Below are positions 45,611 through 60,600 of a stretch of DNA of 64,000 bases, piece after piece. The stretch covers positions 10,664,001 to 10,728,000 of the forward strand of contig OZ059899.1 in assembly GCA_964057225.1 (NCBI GenBank). Reading direction: 5' to 3'. The notes under the pieces are model-generated. The model did no database searches. It saw only the letters and a list, made by a program, of their open reading frames with translations, and was not told the origin of the DNA. Numbering within the stretch: the stretch's first letter is position 1; each line of letters opens with the position of its first letter. The position numbers and the translations under genes are program-made. The stretch is from Auanema rhodensis. Its lineage: Eukaryota > Animalia > Nematoda.

Positions 45611-48600
45611 AGGCCTTGTTCAACTGAGATTTCAGAAACTCTTATGAGAAAAAAACTAAGACAATTGTGATGAGAGAAATTAACAGAAAAACTATGGAGC
45701 TGACATTACATTTTTCGACAATATCAGTAGATTCGAAATAATTGATATCCTGGAAACGTTATTCCTCTCCTTTTTTTATATCAAACGAGAGTTTCATGTA
45801 ATCATAGAAAAATCAGGATCAGTCTGTTTTGTTGGAGAACTGTAAGACATAAAAGTTCTATCCAATAGGCTTTTCATCGAAGTAAATGTACAAGTTTAAA
45901 TTGGATATCTAACAATCTTTTTCATTTTATTTCTTTTTGTTTGTTTTAAAGTAGGAAAAATTAGTTCTTTTATTCCTAATTTGCATTCCAAATGCTTTCG
46001 AATTCCAGGAAAATATATAAGGCTTTGTTCAACTAAGATTTCAGAAACTCTTATGAGAAAAAAAACTAAGACAATTGTGATGAGAGAAATTAAAAGAAAA
46101 ACTATGGAGCTGACATTACATTTTTCGACAATCTCAGTAGATTCGAAATGATTGATATCCTGGAAACGTTATTTCTCTCCTTTTTTTATATCAAACGAGA
46201 GTTTCATGTAATCGTAGAGAAATCAGGATCAGTCTGTTCTGTTGGAGAACTGTAATACATAAAAGTTCAATCTAATAGGCTTTTTATCGAAATAAATGTA
46301 CAAGTTTAAATTGGATATCTAACTATCTTTTTCATCTTATTTCTTTTTGTTTGTTTTAAAGTAGGAGAAACTAGTTCTTTTCTTTCTAATTTCCATTCCA
46401 AATGCTTTCGAATTCCAGGAAAATATATAAGGCCTTGTTCAACTAAAATTTCAGAAACTCTTATGAGAAAAAAACTAAGACAATTGTGATGAGAGAAATT
46501 AAGAAAAAAACTATGGAGCTGACATTACATTTTTCGACAATATCAGTAGATTCGAAATAATTGATATCCTGAAAACGTTATTCCTCTCCTTTTTTTATAT
46601 CAAACGAGAGTTTCATGTAATCGTAGAGAAATCAGGATCAGTCTGTTCTGTTGGAGAACTGTAATACATAAAAGTTCAATCTAATAGGCTTTTCATCGAA
46701 GTAAATGTACAAGTTTAAATTGGATATCTAACAATCTTTTTCATTTTATTTCTTTTTGTTTGTTTTAAAGTAGGAAAAACCAGTTCTTTTCTTTCTAATT
46801 TCCATTCCAAATGCTTTCGAACTCCAGGAAAATATATAAGGCCTTGGTCAACTAAGATTTCAGAAACTCTTATGAGAAAAAACTAAGACAATTGTGATGA
46901 GAGAAATTAAGAGAAAACCTATTGAGCTGACATTACATTTTTCTACAATATCACTAGATTCGATATCATTGATATCCTGGAAACGTTATTCCTCTACTTT
47001 TTTTATATCAAACGAGAGTTTAATGTAATCATAGAGAAATCAGGATCAGTCTGTTCTGTTGCAGAACTGTAAGACATGAAAGTTCAATCTAATAGGCTTT
47101 TTATCGAAGTAAATGTATAAGTTTAAATTGGATATCTAACAATCTTTTTCATTTTATTTCTTTTTGTTTGTTTTAAAGTAGGAAAAACTAGTTCTTTTCT
47201 TTCTAATTTCTATTCCAAATGCTTTCGAATTCCAGGAAAATATATAAGGCCTTGTTCACCTAAAATTTCAGAAACTCTTATGAGAAAAAAAACTAAGAAA
47301 ATTGTGATGAGAGAAATTAAGAGAAAACCTATTGAGCTGACATTACATTTTTCGACAATATCACTAGATTCGATATCATTGATATCCTGGAAACGTTATT
47401 CCTCTACTTTTTTATATCAAACGATAGTTTAATGTAATCATAGAGAAATCAGGATCAGTCTGTTCTGTTGGAGAACTGTAAGACATAAAAGTTCAATCTA
47501 ATAGGCTTTTTATCGAAGTAAATGTACAAGTTTAAATTGGATATCTAACAATCTTTTTCATTTTATTTCTTTTTGTTTGTTTTAAAGTAGGAGAACCTAG
47601 TTCTTTTCTTTCTAATTTCCATTCCAAATGCTTTCGATTTCCAGGAAAATATATAAGGCCTTGTTCAACTAAAATTTCAGAAACTCTTATGACAAAAAAA
47701 AACTAAGACAATTGTGATGAGAGAAATTAAGAGAAAAACTATGGAGCTGACATTACATTTTTCGACAATATCAGTAGATTCGAAATAATTGATATCCTGG
47801 AAACGTTATTCCTCTCCTTTTTTTATATCAAACGAGAGTTTCATGTAATCGTAGAGAAATCAGGATCAGTCTGTTCTGTTGGAGAACTGTAATACATAAA
47901 AGTTCAATCTAATAGGCTTTTTATCGAAGTAAATGTACAAGTTTAAATTGGATATCTAACAATCTTTTTCATTTTAATTCTTTTTGTTCGTTTTAAAGTT
48001 GGAAAAACTAGTTCTTTCCTTTCTAATTTCCATTCCAAATGCTTTCGAATTCCAGGAAAATATATAAGGCCTTGGTCAACTAAGATTTCAGAAACTCTTA
48101 TGAGAAAAAACTAAGACAATTGTGATGAGAGAAATTAAGAGAAAACCTATTGAGCTGACATTACATTTTTCGACAATATCAGTAGATTCGAAATAATTGA
48201 TATCCTGGAAACGTTATTCCTCTCCTTTTTTTATATCAAACGAGAGTTTCATGAAATCGTAGAGAAATCAGGATCAGTCTGTTCTGTTGGAGAACTATAA
48301 AACATAACAGTTCAATCTAATAGGCTTTTTATCGAAGTAAATGTATAAGTTTAAATTGGATATCTAACAATCTTTTTCATTTTATTTCTTTTTGTTTGTT
48401 TTAAAGTAGAAAAAATTAGTTCTTTTCTTTTTAATTTCCATCCTAAATTTTTTCGAATTCCAGGAAAATATATAAGGCCTTGTTCAACTAAGATTTCAGA
48501 AACTCTTATGAGAAAAAAAACTAAGACAATTGTGATGAGAGAAATAAAGAGAAAAACTATGGAGCTGACATTACATTTTTCGACAATATCAGTAGATTCG

Positions 48601-51600
48601 AAATAATTGATATCCTGGAAACGTTATTCTTCTCCTTTTTTTATATCAAACGAGAGTTTTATGTAATCGTAGAGAAATCAGGATCAGTCTGTTCTGTTGG
48701 AGAACTGTAATTCATAAAAGTTCAATCTAATAGGCTTTTTATCGAAGTAAATGTACAAGTTTAAATTGGATATCTAACAATCTTTTTCATTTTAATTCTT
48801 TTTGTTCGTTTTAAAGTAGGAAAAACTAGTTCTTTCCTTTCTAATTTCCATTCCAAATGCTTTCGAATTCCAGGAAAATATATAAGGCCTTGGTCAACTA
48901 AGATTTCAGAAACTCTTATGAGAAAAAACTAAGACAATTGTGATGAGAGAAATTAAGAGAAAACCTATTGAGCTGACATTACATTTTTCGACAATATCAG
49001 TAGATTCGAAATAATTGATATCCTGGAAACGTTATTCCTCTCCTTTTTTTATATCAAACGAGAGTTTCATGAAATCGTAGAGAAATCAGGATCAGTCTGT
49101 TCTGTTGGAGAACTATAAAACATAACAGTTCAATCTAATAGGCTTTTTATCGAAGTAAATGTATAAGTTTAAATTGGATATCTAACAATCTTTTTCATTT
49201 TATTTCTTTTTGTTTGTTTTAAAGTAGAAAAAATTAGTTCTTTTCTTTTTAATTTCCATCCTAAATTTTTTCGAATTCCAGGAAAATATATAAGGCCTTG
49301 TTCAACTAAGATTTCAGAAACTCTTATGAGAAAAAAAACTAAGACAATTGTGATGAGAGAAATAAAGAGAAAAACTATGGAGCTGACATTACATTTTTCG
49401 ACAATATCAGTAGATTCGAAATAATTGATATCCTGGAAACGTTATTCTTCTCCTTTTTTTATATCAAACGAGAGTTTTATGTAATCGTAGAGAAATCAGG
49501 ATCAGTCTGTTCTGTTGGAGAACTGTAATTCATAAAAGTTCAATCTAATAGGCTTTTTATCGAAGTAAATGTACAAGTTTAAATTGGATATCTAACAATC
49601 TTTTTCATTTTAATTCTTTTTGTTCGTTTTAAAGTAGGAAAAACTAGTTCTTTCCTTTCTAATTTCCATTCCAAATGCTTTCGAATTCCAGGAAAATATA
49701 TAAGGCCTTGGTCAACTAAGATTTCAGAAACTCTTATGAGAAAAAACTAAGACAATTGTGATGAGAGAAATTAAGAGAAAACCTATTGAGCTGACATTAC
49801 ATTTTTCTACAATATCACTAGATTCGATATCATTGATATCCTGGAAACGTTATTCCTCTACTTTTTTTATATCAAACGAGAGTTTAATGTAATCATAGAG
49901 AAATCAGGATCAGTCTGTTCTGTTGCAGAACTGTAAGACATGAAAGTTCAATCTAATAGGCTTTTTATCGAAGTAAATGTATAAGTTTAAATTGGATATC
50001 TAACAATCTTTTTCATTTTATTTCTTTTTGTTTGTTTTAAAGTAGGAAAAACTAGTTCTTTTCTTTCTAATTTCTATTCCAAATGCTTTCGAATTCCAGG
50101 AAAATATATAAGGCCTTGTTCACCTAAAATTTCAGAAACTCTTATGAGAAAAAAAACTAAGAAAATTGTGATGAGAGAAATTAAGAGAAAACCTATTGAG
50201 CTGACATTACATTTTTCGACAATATCACTAGATTCGATATCATTGATATCCTGGAAACGTTATTCCTCTACTTTTTTATATCAAACGATAGTTTAATGTA
50301 ATCATAGAGAAATCAGGATCAGTCTGTTCTGTTGGAGAACTGTAAGACATAAAAGTTCAATCTAATAGGCTTTTTATCGAAGTAAATGTACAAGTTTAAA
50401 TTGGATATCTAACAATCTTTTTCATTTTATTTCTTTTTGTTTGTTTTAAAGTAGGAGAAACTAGTTCTTTTCTTTCTAATTTCCATTCCAAATGCTTTCG
50501 ATTTCCAGGAAAATATATAAGGCCTTGTTCAACTAAAATTTCAGAAACTCTTATGACAAAAAAAAACTAAGACAATTGTGATGAGAGAAATTAAGAGAAA
50601 AACTATGGAGCTGACATTACATTTTTCGACAATATCAGTAGATTCGAAATAATTGATATCCTGGAAACGTTATTCCTCTCCTTTTTTTATATCAAACGAG
50701 AGTTTCATGTAATCGTAGAGAAATCAGGATCAGTCTGTTCTGTTGGAGAACTGTAATACATAAAAGTTCAATCTAATAGGCTTTTTATCGAAGTAAATGT
50801 ACAAGTTTAAATTGGATATCTAACAATCTTTTTCATTTTAATTCTTTTTGTTCGTTTTAAAGTTGGAAAAACTAGTTCTTTCCTTTCTAATTTCCATTCC
50901 AAATGCTTTCGAATTCCAGGAAAATATATAAGGCCTTGGTCAACTAAGATTTCAGAAACTCTTATGAGAAAAAACTAAGACAATTGTGATGAGAGAAATT
51001 AAGAGAAAACCTATTGAGCTGACATTACATTTTTCGACAATATCAGTAGATTCGAAATAATTGATATCCTGGAAACGTTATTCCTCTCCTTTTTTTATAT
51101 CAAACGAGAGTTTCATGAAATCGTAGAGAAATCAGGATCAGTCTGTTCTGTTGGAGAACTATAAAACATAACAGTTCAATCTAATAGGCTTTTTATCGAA
51201 GTAAATGTATAAGTTTAAATTGGATATCTAACAATCTTTTTCATTTTATTTCTTTTTGTTTGTTTTAAAGTAGAAAAAATTAGTTCTTTTCTTTTTAATT
51301 TCCATCCTAAATTTTTTCGAATTCCAGGAAAATATATAAGGCCTTGTTCAACTAAGATTTCAGAAACTCTTATGAGAAAAAAAACTAAGACAATTGTGAT
51401 GAGAGAAATAAAGAGAAAAACTATGGAGCTGACATTACATTTTTCGACAATATCAGTAGATTCGAAATAATTGATATCCTGGAAACGTTATTCTTCTCCT
51501 TTTTTTATATCAAACGAGAGTTTTATGTAATCGTAGAGAAATCAGGATCAGTCTGTTCTGTTGGAGAACTGTAATTCATAAAAGTTCAATCTAATAGGCT

Positions 51601-54600
51601 TTTTATCGAAGTAAATGTACAAGTTTAAATTGGATATCTAACAATCTTTTTCATTTTAATTCTTTTTGTTCGTTTTAAAGTAGGAAAAACTAGTTCTTTC
51701 CTTTCTAATTTCCATTCCAAATGCTTTCGAATTCCAGGAAAATATATAAGGCCTTGGTCAACTAAGATTTCAGAAACTCTTATGAGAAAAAACTAAGACA
51801 ATTGTGATGAGAGAAATTAAGAGAAAACCTATTGAGCTGACATTACATTTTTCGACAATATCAGTAGATTCGAAATAATTGATATCCTGGAAACGTTATT
51901 CCTCTCCTTTTTTTATATCAAACGAGAGTTTCATGAAATCGTAGAGAAATCAGGATCAGTCTGTTCTGTTGGAGAACTATAAAACATAACAGTTCAATCT
52001 AATAGGCTTTTTATCGAAGTAAATGTATAAGTTTAAATTGGATATCTAACAATCTTTTTCATTTTATTTCTTTTTGTTTGTTTTAAAGTAGAAAAAATTA
52101 GTTCTTTTCTTTTTAATTTCCATCCTAAATTTTTTCGAATTCCAGGAAAATATATAAGGCCTTGTTCAACTAAGATTTCAGAAACTCTTATGAGAAAAAA
52201 AACTAAGACAATTGTGATGAGAGAAATAAAGAGAAAAACTATGGAGCTGACATTACATTTTTCGACAATATCAGTAGATTCGAAATAATTGATATCCTGG
52301 AAACGTTATTCTTCTCCTTTTTTTATATCAAACGAGAGTTTTATGTAATCGTAGAGAAATCAGGATCAGTCTGTTCTGTTGGAGAACTGTAATTCATAAA
52401 AGTTCAATCTAATAGGCTTTTTATCGAAGTAAATGTACAAGTTTAAATTGGATATCTAACAATCTTTTTCATTTTAATTCTTTTTGTTCGTTTTAAAGTA
52501 GGAAAAACTAGTTCTTTCCTTTCTAATTTCCATTCCAAATGCTTTCGAATTCCAGGAAAATATATAAGGCCTTGGTCAACTAAGATTTCAGAAACTCTTA
52601 TGAGAAAAAACTAAGACAATTGTGATGAGAGAAATTAAGAGAAAACCTATTGAGCTGACATTACATTTTTCGACAATATCAGTAGATTCGAAATAATTGA
52701 TATCCTGGAAACGTTATTCCTCTCCTTTTTTTATATCAAACGAGAGTTTCATGAAATCGTAGAGAAATCAGGATCAGTCTGTTCTGTTGGAGAACTATAA
52801 AACATAACAGTTCAATCTAATAGGCTTTTTATCGAAGTAAATGTATAAGTTTAAATTGGATATCTAACAATCTTTTTCATTTTATTTCTTTTTGTTTGTT
52901 TTAAAGTAGAAAAAATTAGTTCTTTTCTTTTTAATTTCCATCCTAAATTTTTTCGAATTCCAGGAAAATATATAAGGCCTTGTTCAACTAAGATTTCAGA
53001 AACTCTTATGAGAAAAAAAACTAAGACAATTGTGATGAGAGAAATAAAGAGAAAAACTATGGAGCTGACATTACATTTTTCGACAATATCAGTAGATTCG
53101 AAATAATTGATATCCTGGAAACGTTATTCTTCTCCTTTTTTTATATCAAACGAGAGTTTTATGTAATCGTAGAGAAATCAGGATCAGTCTGTTCTGTTGG
53201 AGAACTGTAATTCATAAAAGTTCAATCTAATAGGCTTTTTATCGAAGTAAATGTACAAGTTTAAATTGGATATCTAACAATCTTTTTCATTTTAATTCTT
53301 TTTGTTCGTTTTAAAGTAGGAAAAACTAGTTCTTTCCTTTCTAATTTCCATTCCAAATGCTTTCGAATTCCAGGAAAATATATAAGGCCTTGGTCAACTA
53401 AGATTTCAGAAACTCTTATGAGAAAAAACTAAGACAATTGTGATGAGAGAAATTAAGAGAAAACCTATTGAGCTGACATTACATTTTTCGACAATATCAC
53501 TAGATTCGATATCATTGATATCCTGGAAACGTTATTCCTCTACTTTTTTATATCACACGAGAGTTTAATGTAATCATAGAGAAATCAGGATCAGTCTGTT
53601 CTGTTGGAGAACTGTAAGACATAAAAGTTCAATCTAATAGGCTTTTTATCGAAGTAAATGTACAAGTTTAAATTGGATATCTAACAATCTTTTTCATTTT
53701 ATTTCTTTTTGTTTGTTTTAAAGTAGGAGAAACTAGTTCTTTTCTTTCTAATTTCCATTCCAAATGCTTTCGATTTCCAGGAAAATATATAAGGCCTTGT
53801 TCAACTAAAATTTCAGAAACTCTTATGACAAAAAAAAACTAAGACAATTGTGATGAGAGAAATTAAGAGAAAAACTATGGAGCTGACATTACATTTTTCG
53901 ACAATATCAGTAGATTCGAAATAATTGATATCCTGGAAACGTTATTCCTCTCCTTTTTTTATATCAAACGAGAGTTTCATGTAATCGTAGAGAAATCAGG
54001 ATCAGTCTGTTCTGTTGGAGAACTGTAATACATAAAAGTTCAATCTAATAGGCTTTTTATCGAAGTAAATGTACAAGTTTAAATTGGATATCTAACAATC
54101 TTTTTCATTTTAATTCTTTTTGTTCGTTTTAAAGTTGGAAAAACTAGTTCTTTCCTTTCTAATTTCCATTCCAAATGCTTTCGAATTCCAGGAAAATATA
54201 TAAGGCCTTGGTCAACTAAGATTTCAGAAACTCTTATGAGAAAAAACTAAGACAATTGTGATGAGAGAAATTAAGAGAAAACCTATTGAGCTGACATTAC
54301 ATTTTTCGACAATATCAGTAGATTCGAAATAATTGATATCCTGGAAACGTTATTCCTCTCCTTTTTTTATATCAAACGAGAGTTTCATGAAATCGTAGAG
54401 AAATCAGGATCAGTCTGTTCTGTTGGAGAACTATAAAACATAACAGTTCAATCTAATAGGCTTTTTATCGAAGTAAATGTATAAGTTTAAATTGGATATC
54501 TAACAATCTTTTTCATTTTATTTCTTTTTGTTTGTTTTAAAGTAGAAAAAATTAGTTCTTTTCTTTTTAATTTCCATCCTAAATTTTTTCGAATTCCAGG

Positions 54601-57600
54601 AAAATATATAAGGCCTTGTTCAACTAAGATTTCAGAAACTCTTATGAGAAAAAAAACTAAGACAATTGTGATGAGAGAAATAAAGAGAAAAACTATGGAG
54701 CTGACATTACATTTTTCGACAATATCAGTAGATTCGAAATAATTGATATCCTGGAAACGTTATTCTTCTCCTTTTTTTATATCAAACGAGAGTTTTATGT
54801 AATCGTAGAGAAATCAGGATCAGTCTGTTCTGTTGGAGAACTGTAATTCATAAAAGTTCAATCTAATAGGCTTTTTATCGAAGTAAATGTACAAGTTTAA
54901 ATTGGATATCTAACAATCTTTTTCATTTTAATTCTTTTTGTTCGTTTTAAAGTAGGAAAAACTAGTTCTTTCCTTTCTAATTTCCATTCCAAATGCTTTC
55001 GAATTCCAGGAAAATATATAAGGCCTTGGTCAACTAAGATTTCAGAAACTCTTATGAGAAAAAACTAAGACAATTGTGATGAGAGAAATTAAGAGAAAAC
55101 CTATTGAGCTGACATTACATTTTTCGACAATATCAGTAGATTCGAAATAATTGATATCCTGGAAACGTTATTCCTCTCCTTTTTTTATATCAAACGAGAG
55201 TTTCATGAAATCGTAGAGAAATCAGGATCAGTCTGTTCTGTTGGAGAACTATAAAACATAACAGTTCAATCTAATAGGCTTTTTATCGAAGTAAATGTAT
55301 AAGTTTAAATTGGATATCTAACAATCTTTTTCATTTTATTTCTTTTTGTTTGTTTTAAAGTAGAAAAAATTAGTTCTTTTCTTTTTAATTTCCATCCTAA
55401 ATTTTTTCGAATTCCAGGAAAATATATAAGGCCTTGTTCAACTAAGATTTCAGAAACTCTTATGAGAAAAAAAACTAAGACAATTGTGATGAGAGAAATA
55501 AAGAGAAAAACTATGGAGCTGACATTACATTTTTCGACAATATCAGTAGATTCGAAATAATTGATATCCTGGAAACGTTATTCTTCTCCTTTTTTTATAT
55601 CAAACGAGAGTTTTATGTAATCGTAGAGAAATCAGGATCAGTCTGTTCTGTTGGAGAACTGTAATTCATAAAAGTTCAATCTAATAGGCTTTTTATCGAA
55701 GTAAATGTACAAGTTTAAATTGGATATCTAACAATCTTTTTCATTTTAATTCTTTTTGTTCGTTTTAAAGTAGGAAAAACTAGTTCTTTCCTTTCTAATT
55801 TCCATTCCAAATGCTTTCGAATTCCAGGAAAATATATAAGGCCTTGGTCAACTAAGATTTCAGAAACTCTTATGAGAAAAAACTAAGACAATTGTGATGA
55901 GAGAAATTAAGAGAAAACCTATTGAGCTGACATTACATTTTTCGACAATATCAGTAGATTCGAAATAATTGATATCCTGGAAACGTTATTCCTCTCCTTT
56001 TTTTATATCAAACGAGAGTTTCATGAAATCGTAGAGAAATCAGGATCAGTCTGTTCTGTTGGAGAACTATAAAACATAACAGTTCAATCTAATAGGCTTT
56101 TTATCGAAGTAAATGTATAAGTTTAAATTGGATATCTAACAATCTTTTTCATTTTATTTCTTTTTGTTTGTTTTAAAGTAGAAAAAATTAGTTCTTTTCT
56201 TTTTAATTTCCATCCTAAATTTTTTCGAATTCCAGGAAAATATATAAGGCCTTGTTCAACTAAGATTTCAGAAACTCTTATGAGAAAAAAAACTAAGACA
56301 ATTGTGATGAGAGAAATAAAGAGAAAAACTATGGAGCTGACATTACATTTTTCGACAATATCAGTAGATTCGAAATAATTGATATCCTGGAAACGTTATT
56401 CTTCTCCTTTTTTTATATCAAACGAGAGTTTTATGTAATCGTAGAGAAATCAGGATCAGTCTGTTCTGTTGGAGAACTGTAATTCATAAAAGTTCAATCT
56501 AATAGGCTTTTTATCGAAGTAAATGTACAAGTTTAAATTGGATATCTAACAATCTTTTTCATTTTAATTCTTTTTGTTCGTTTTAAAGTAGGAAAAACTA
56601 GTTCTTTCCTTTCTAATTTCCATTCCAAATGCTTTCGAATTCCAGGAAAATATATAAGGCCTTGGTCAACTAAGATTTCAGAAACTCTTATGAGAAAAAA
56701 CTAAGACAATTGTGATGAGAGAAATTAAGAGAAAACCTATTGAGCTGACATTACATTTTTCGACAATATCACTAGATTCGATATCATTGATATCCTGGAA
56801 ACGTTATTCCTCTACTTTTTTATATCACACGAGAGTTTAATGTAATCATAGAGAAATCAGGATCAGTCTGTTCTGTTGGAGAACTGTAAGACATAAAAGT
56901 TCAATCTAATAGGCTTTTTATCGAAGTAAATGTACAAGTTTAAATTGGATATCTAACAATCTTTTTCATTTTATTTCTTTTTGTTTGTTTTAAAGTAGGA
57001 GAAACTAGTTCTTTTCTTTCTAATTTCCATTCCAAATGCTTTCGATTTCCAGGAAAATATATAAGGCCTTGTTCAACTAAAATTTCAGAAACTCTTATGA
57101 GAAAAAAAACTAAGACAATTGTGATGAGAGAAATTAAGAGAAAAACTATGGAGCTGACATTACATTTTTCGACAATATCAGTAGATTCGAAATAATTGAT
57201 ATCCTGGAAACGTTATTCCTCTCCTTTTTTTATATCAAACGAGAGTTTTATGTAATCGTAGAGAAATCAGGATCAGTCTGTTCTGTTGGAGAACTGTAAT
57301 TCATAAAAGTTCAATCTAATAGGCTTTTTATCGAAGTAAATGTATAAGTTTAAATTGGATATCTAACAATCTTTTTCATTTTATTTCTTTTTGTTTGTTT
57401 TAAAGTAGGAAAAACTAGTTCTTTTTTTTCTAATTTCCATTCCAAATGCTTTCGAATTCCAGGAAAATATATAAGGCCTTGTTCAACTGAAATTTCAGAA
57501 ACTCTTATGAGAAAAAAAACTAAGAAAATTGTGATGAGAGAAATTAAGAGAAAACCTATTGAGCTGACATTACATTTTTCGACAATATCACTAGATTCGA

Positions 57601-60600
57601 TATCATTGATATCCTGGAAACGTTATTCCTCTACTTTTTTATATCACACGAGAGTTTTATGTAATCGTAGAGAAATCAGGATCAGTCTGTTCTGTTGGAG
57701 AACTGTAATACATAAAAGTTCAATCTAATAGGCTTTTTATCAAAGTAAATGTATAAGTTTAAATTGGATATCTAACAATCTTTTTCATTTTAATTCTTTT
57801 TGTTCGTTTTAAAGTTGGAAAAACTAGTTCTTTCCTTTCTAATTTCCATTCCAAATGCTTTCGAATTCCAGGAAAATATATAAGGCCTTGGTCAACTAAG
57901 ATTTCAGAAACTCTTATGAGAAAAAACTAAGACAATTGTGATGAGAGAAATTAAGAGAAAAACTATGGAGCTGACATTACATTTTTCGACAATATCAGTA
58001 GATTCGAAATAATTGATATCCTGGAAACGTTATTCTTCTCCTTTTTTTATATCAAACGAGAGTTTTATGTAATCGTAGAGAAATCAGGATCAGTCTGTTC
58101 TGTTGGAGAACTGTAATTCATAAAAGTTCAATCTAATAGGCTTTTTATCGAAGTAAATGTACAAGTTTAAATTGGATATCTAACAATCTTTTTCATTTTA
58201 ATTCTTTTTGTTCGTTTTAAAGTAGGAAAAACTAGTTCTTTCCTTTCTAATTTCCATTCCAAATGCTTTCGAATTCCAGGAAAATATATAAGGCCTTGGT
58301 CAACTAAGATTTCAGAAACTCTTATGAGAAAAAACTAAGACAATTGTGATGAGAGAAATTAAGAGAAAACCTATTGAGCTGACATTACATTTTTCGACAA
58401 TATCAGTAGATTCGAAATAATTGATATCCTGGAAACGTTATTCCTCTCCTTTTTTTATATCAAACGAGAGTTTCATGAAATCGTAGAGAAATCAGGATCA
58501 GTCTGTTCTGTTGGAGAACTATAAAACATAACAGTTCAATCTAATAGGCTTTTTATCGAAGTAAATGTATAAGTTTAAATTGGATATCTAACAATCTTTT
58601 TCATTTTATTTCTTTTTGTTTGTTTTAAAGTAGAAAAAATTAGTTCTTTTCTTTTTAATTTCCATCCTAAATTTTTTCGAATTCCAGGAAAATATATAAG
58701 GCCTTGTTCAACTAAGATTTCAGAAACTCTTATGAGAAAAAAAACTAAGACAATTGTGATGAGAGAAATAAAGAGAAAAACTATGGAGCTGACATTACAT
58801 TTTTCGACAATATCAGTAGATTCGAAATAATTGATATCCTGGAAACGTTATTCTTCTCCTTTTTTTATATCAAACGAGAGTTTTATGTAATCGTAGAGAA
58901 ATCAGGATCAGTCTGTTCTGTTGGAGAACTGTAATTCATAAAAGTTCAATCTAATAGGCTTTTTATCGAAGTAAATGTACAAGTTTAAATTGGATATCTA
59001 ACAATCTTTTTCATTTTAATTCTTTTTGTTCGTTTTAAAGTAGGAAAAACTAGTTCTTTCCTTTCTAATTTCCATTCCAAATGCTTTCGAATTCCAGGAA
59101 AATATATAAGGCCTTGGTCAACTAAGATTTCAGAAACTCTTATGAGAAAAAACTAAGACAATTGTGATGAGAGAAATTAAGAGAAAACCTATTGAGCTGA
59201 CATTACATTTTTCGACAATATCACTAGATTCGATATCATTGATATCCTGGAAACGTTATTCCTCTACTTTTTTATATCACACGAGAGTTTAATGTAATCA
59301 TAGAGAAATCAGGATCAGTCTGTTCTGTTGGAGAACTGTAAGACATAAAAGTTCAATCTAATAGGCTTTTTATCGAAGTAAATGTACAAGTTTAAATTGG
59401 ATATCTAACAATCTTTTTCATTTTATTTCTTTTTGTTTGTTTTAAAGTAGGAGAAACTAGTTCTTTTCTTTCTAATTTCCATTCCAAATGCTTTCGATTT
59501 CCAGGAAAATATATAAGGCCTTGTTCAACTAAAATTTCAGAAACTCTTATGAGAAAAAAAACTAAGACAATTGTGATGAGAGAAATTAAGAGAAAAACTA
59601 TGGAGCGCACATTACATTTTTCGACAATATCAGTAGATTCGAAATAATTGATATCCTGGAAACGTTATTCCTCTCCTTTTTTTATATCAAACGAGAGTTT
59701 TATGTAATCGTAGAGAAATCAGGATCAGTCTGTTCTGTTGGAGAACTGTAATACATAAAAGTTCAATCTAATAGGCTTTTTATCGAAGTAAATGTATAAG
59801 TTTAAATTGGATATCTAACAATCTTTTTCATTTTATTTCTTTTTGTTTGTTTTAAAGTAGGAAAAACTAGTTCTTTTCTTTCTAATTTCCATTCCAAATG
59901 CTTTCGAATTCCAGGAAAATATATAAGGCCTTGTTCAACTGAAATTTCAGAAACTCTTATGAGAAAAAAAACTAAGAAAATTGTGATGAGAGAAATTAAG
60001 AGAAAACCTATTGAGCTGACATTACATTTTTCGACAATATCACTAGATTCGATATCATTGATATCCTGGAAACGTTATTCCTCTACTTTTTTATATCACA
60101 CGAGAGTTTTATGTAATCGTAGAGAAATCAGGATCAGTCTGTTCTGTTGGAGAACTGTAATACATAAAAGTTCAATCTAATAGGCTTTTTATCGAAGTAA
60201 ATGTATAAGTTTAAATTGGATATCTAACAATCTTTTTCATTTTATTTCTTTTTGTTTGTTTTAAAGTAGGAAAAACTAGTTCTTTTCTTTCTAATTTCCA
60301 TTCCAAATGCTTTCGAATTCCAGGAAAATATATAAGGCCTTGTTCAACTAAAATTTCAGAAACTCTTATGAGAAAAAAAACTAAGAAAATTGTGATGAGA
60401 GAAATTAAGAGAAAACCTATTGAGCTGACATTACATTTTTCGACAATATCACTAGATTCGATATCATTGATATCCTGGAAACGTTATTCCTCTACTTTTT
60501 TATATCACACGAGAGTTTAATGTAATCATAGAGAAATCAGGATCAGTCTGTTCTGTTGGAGAACTGTAAGACATAAAAGTTCAATCTAATAGGCTTTTTA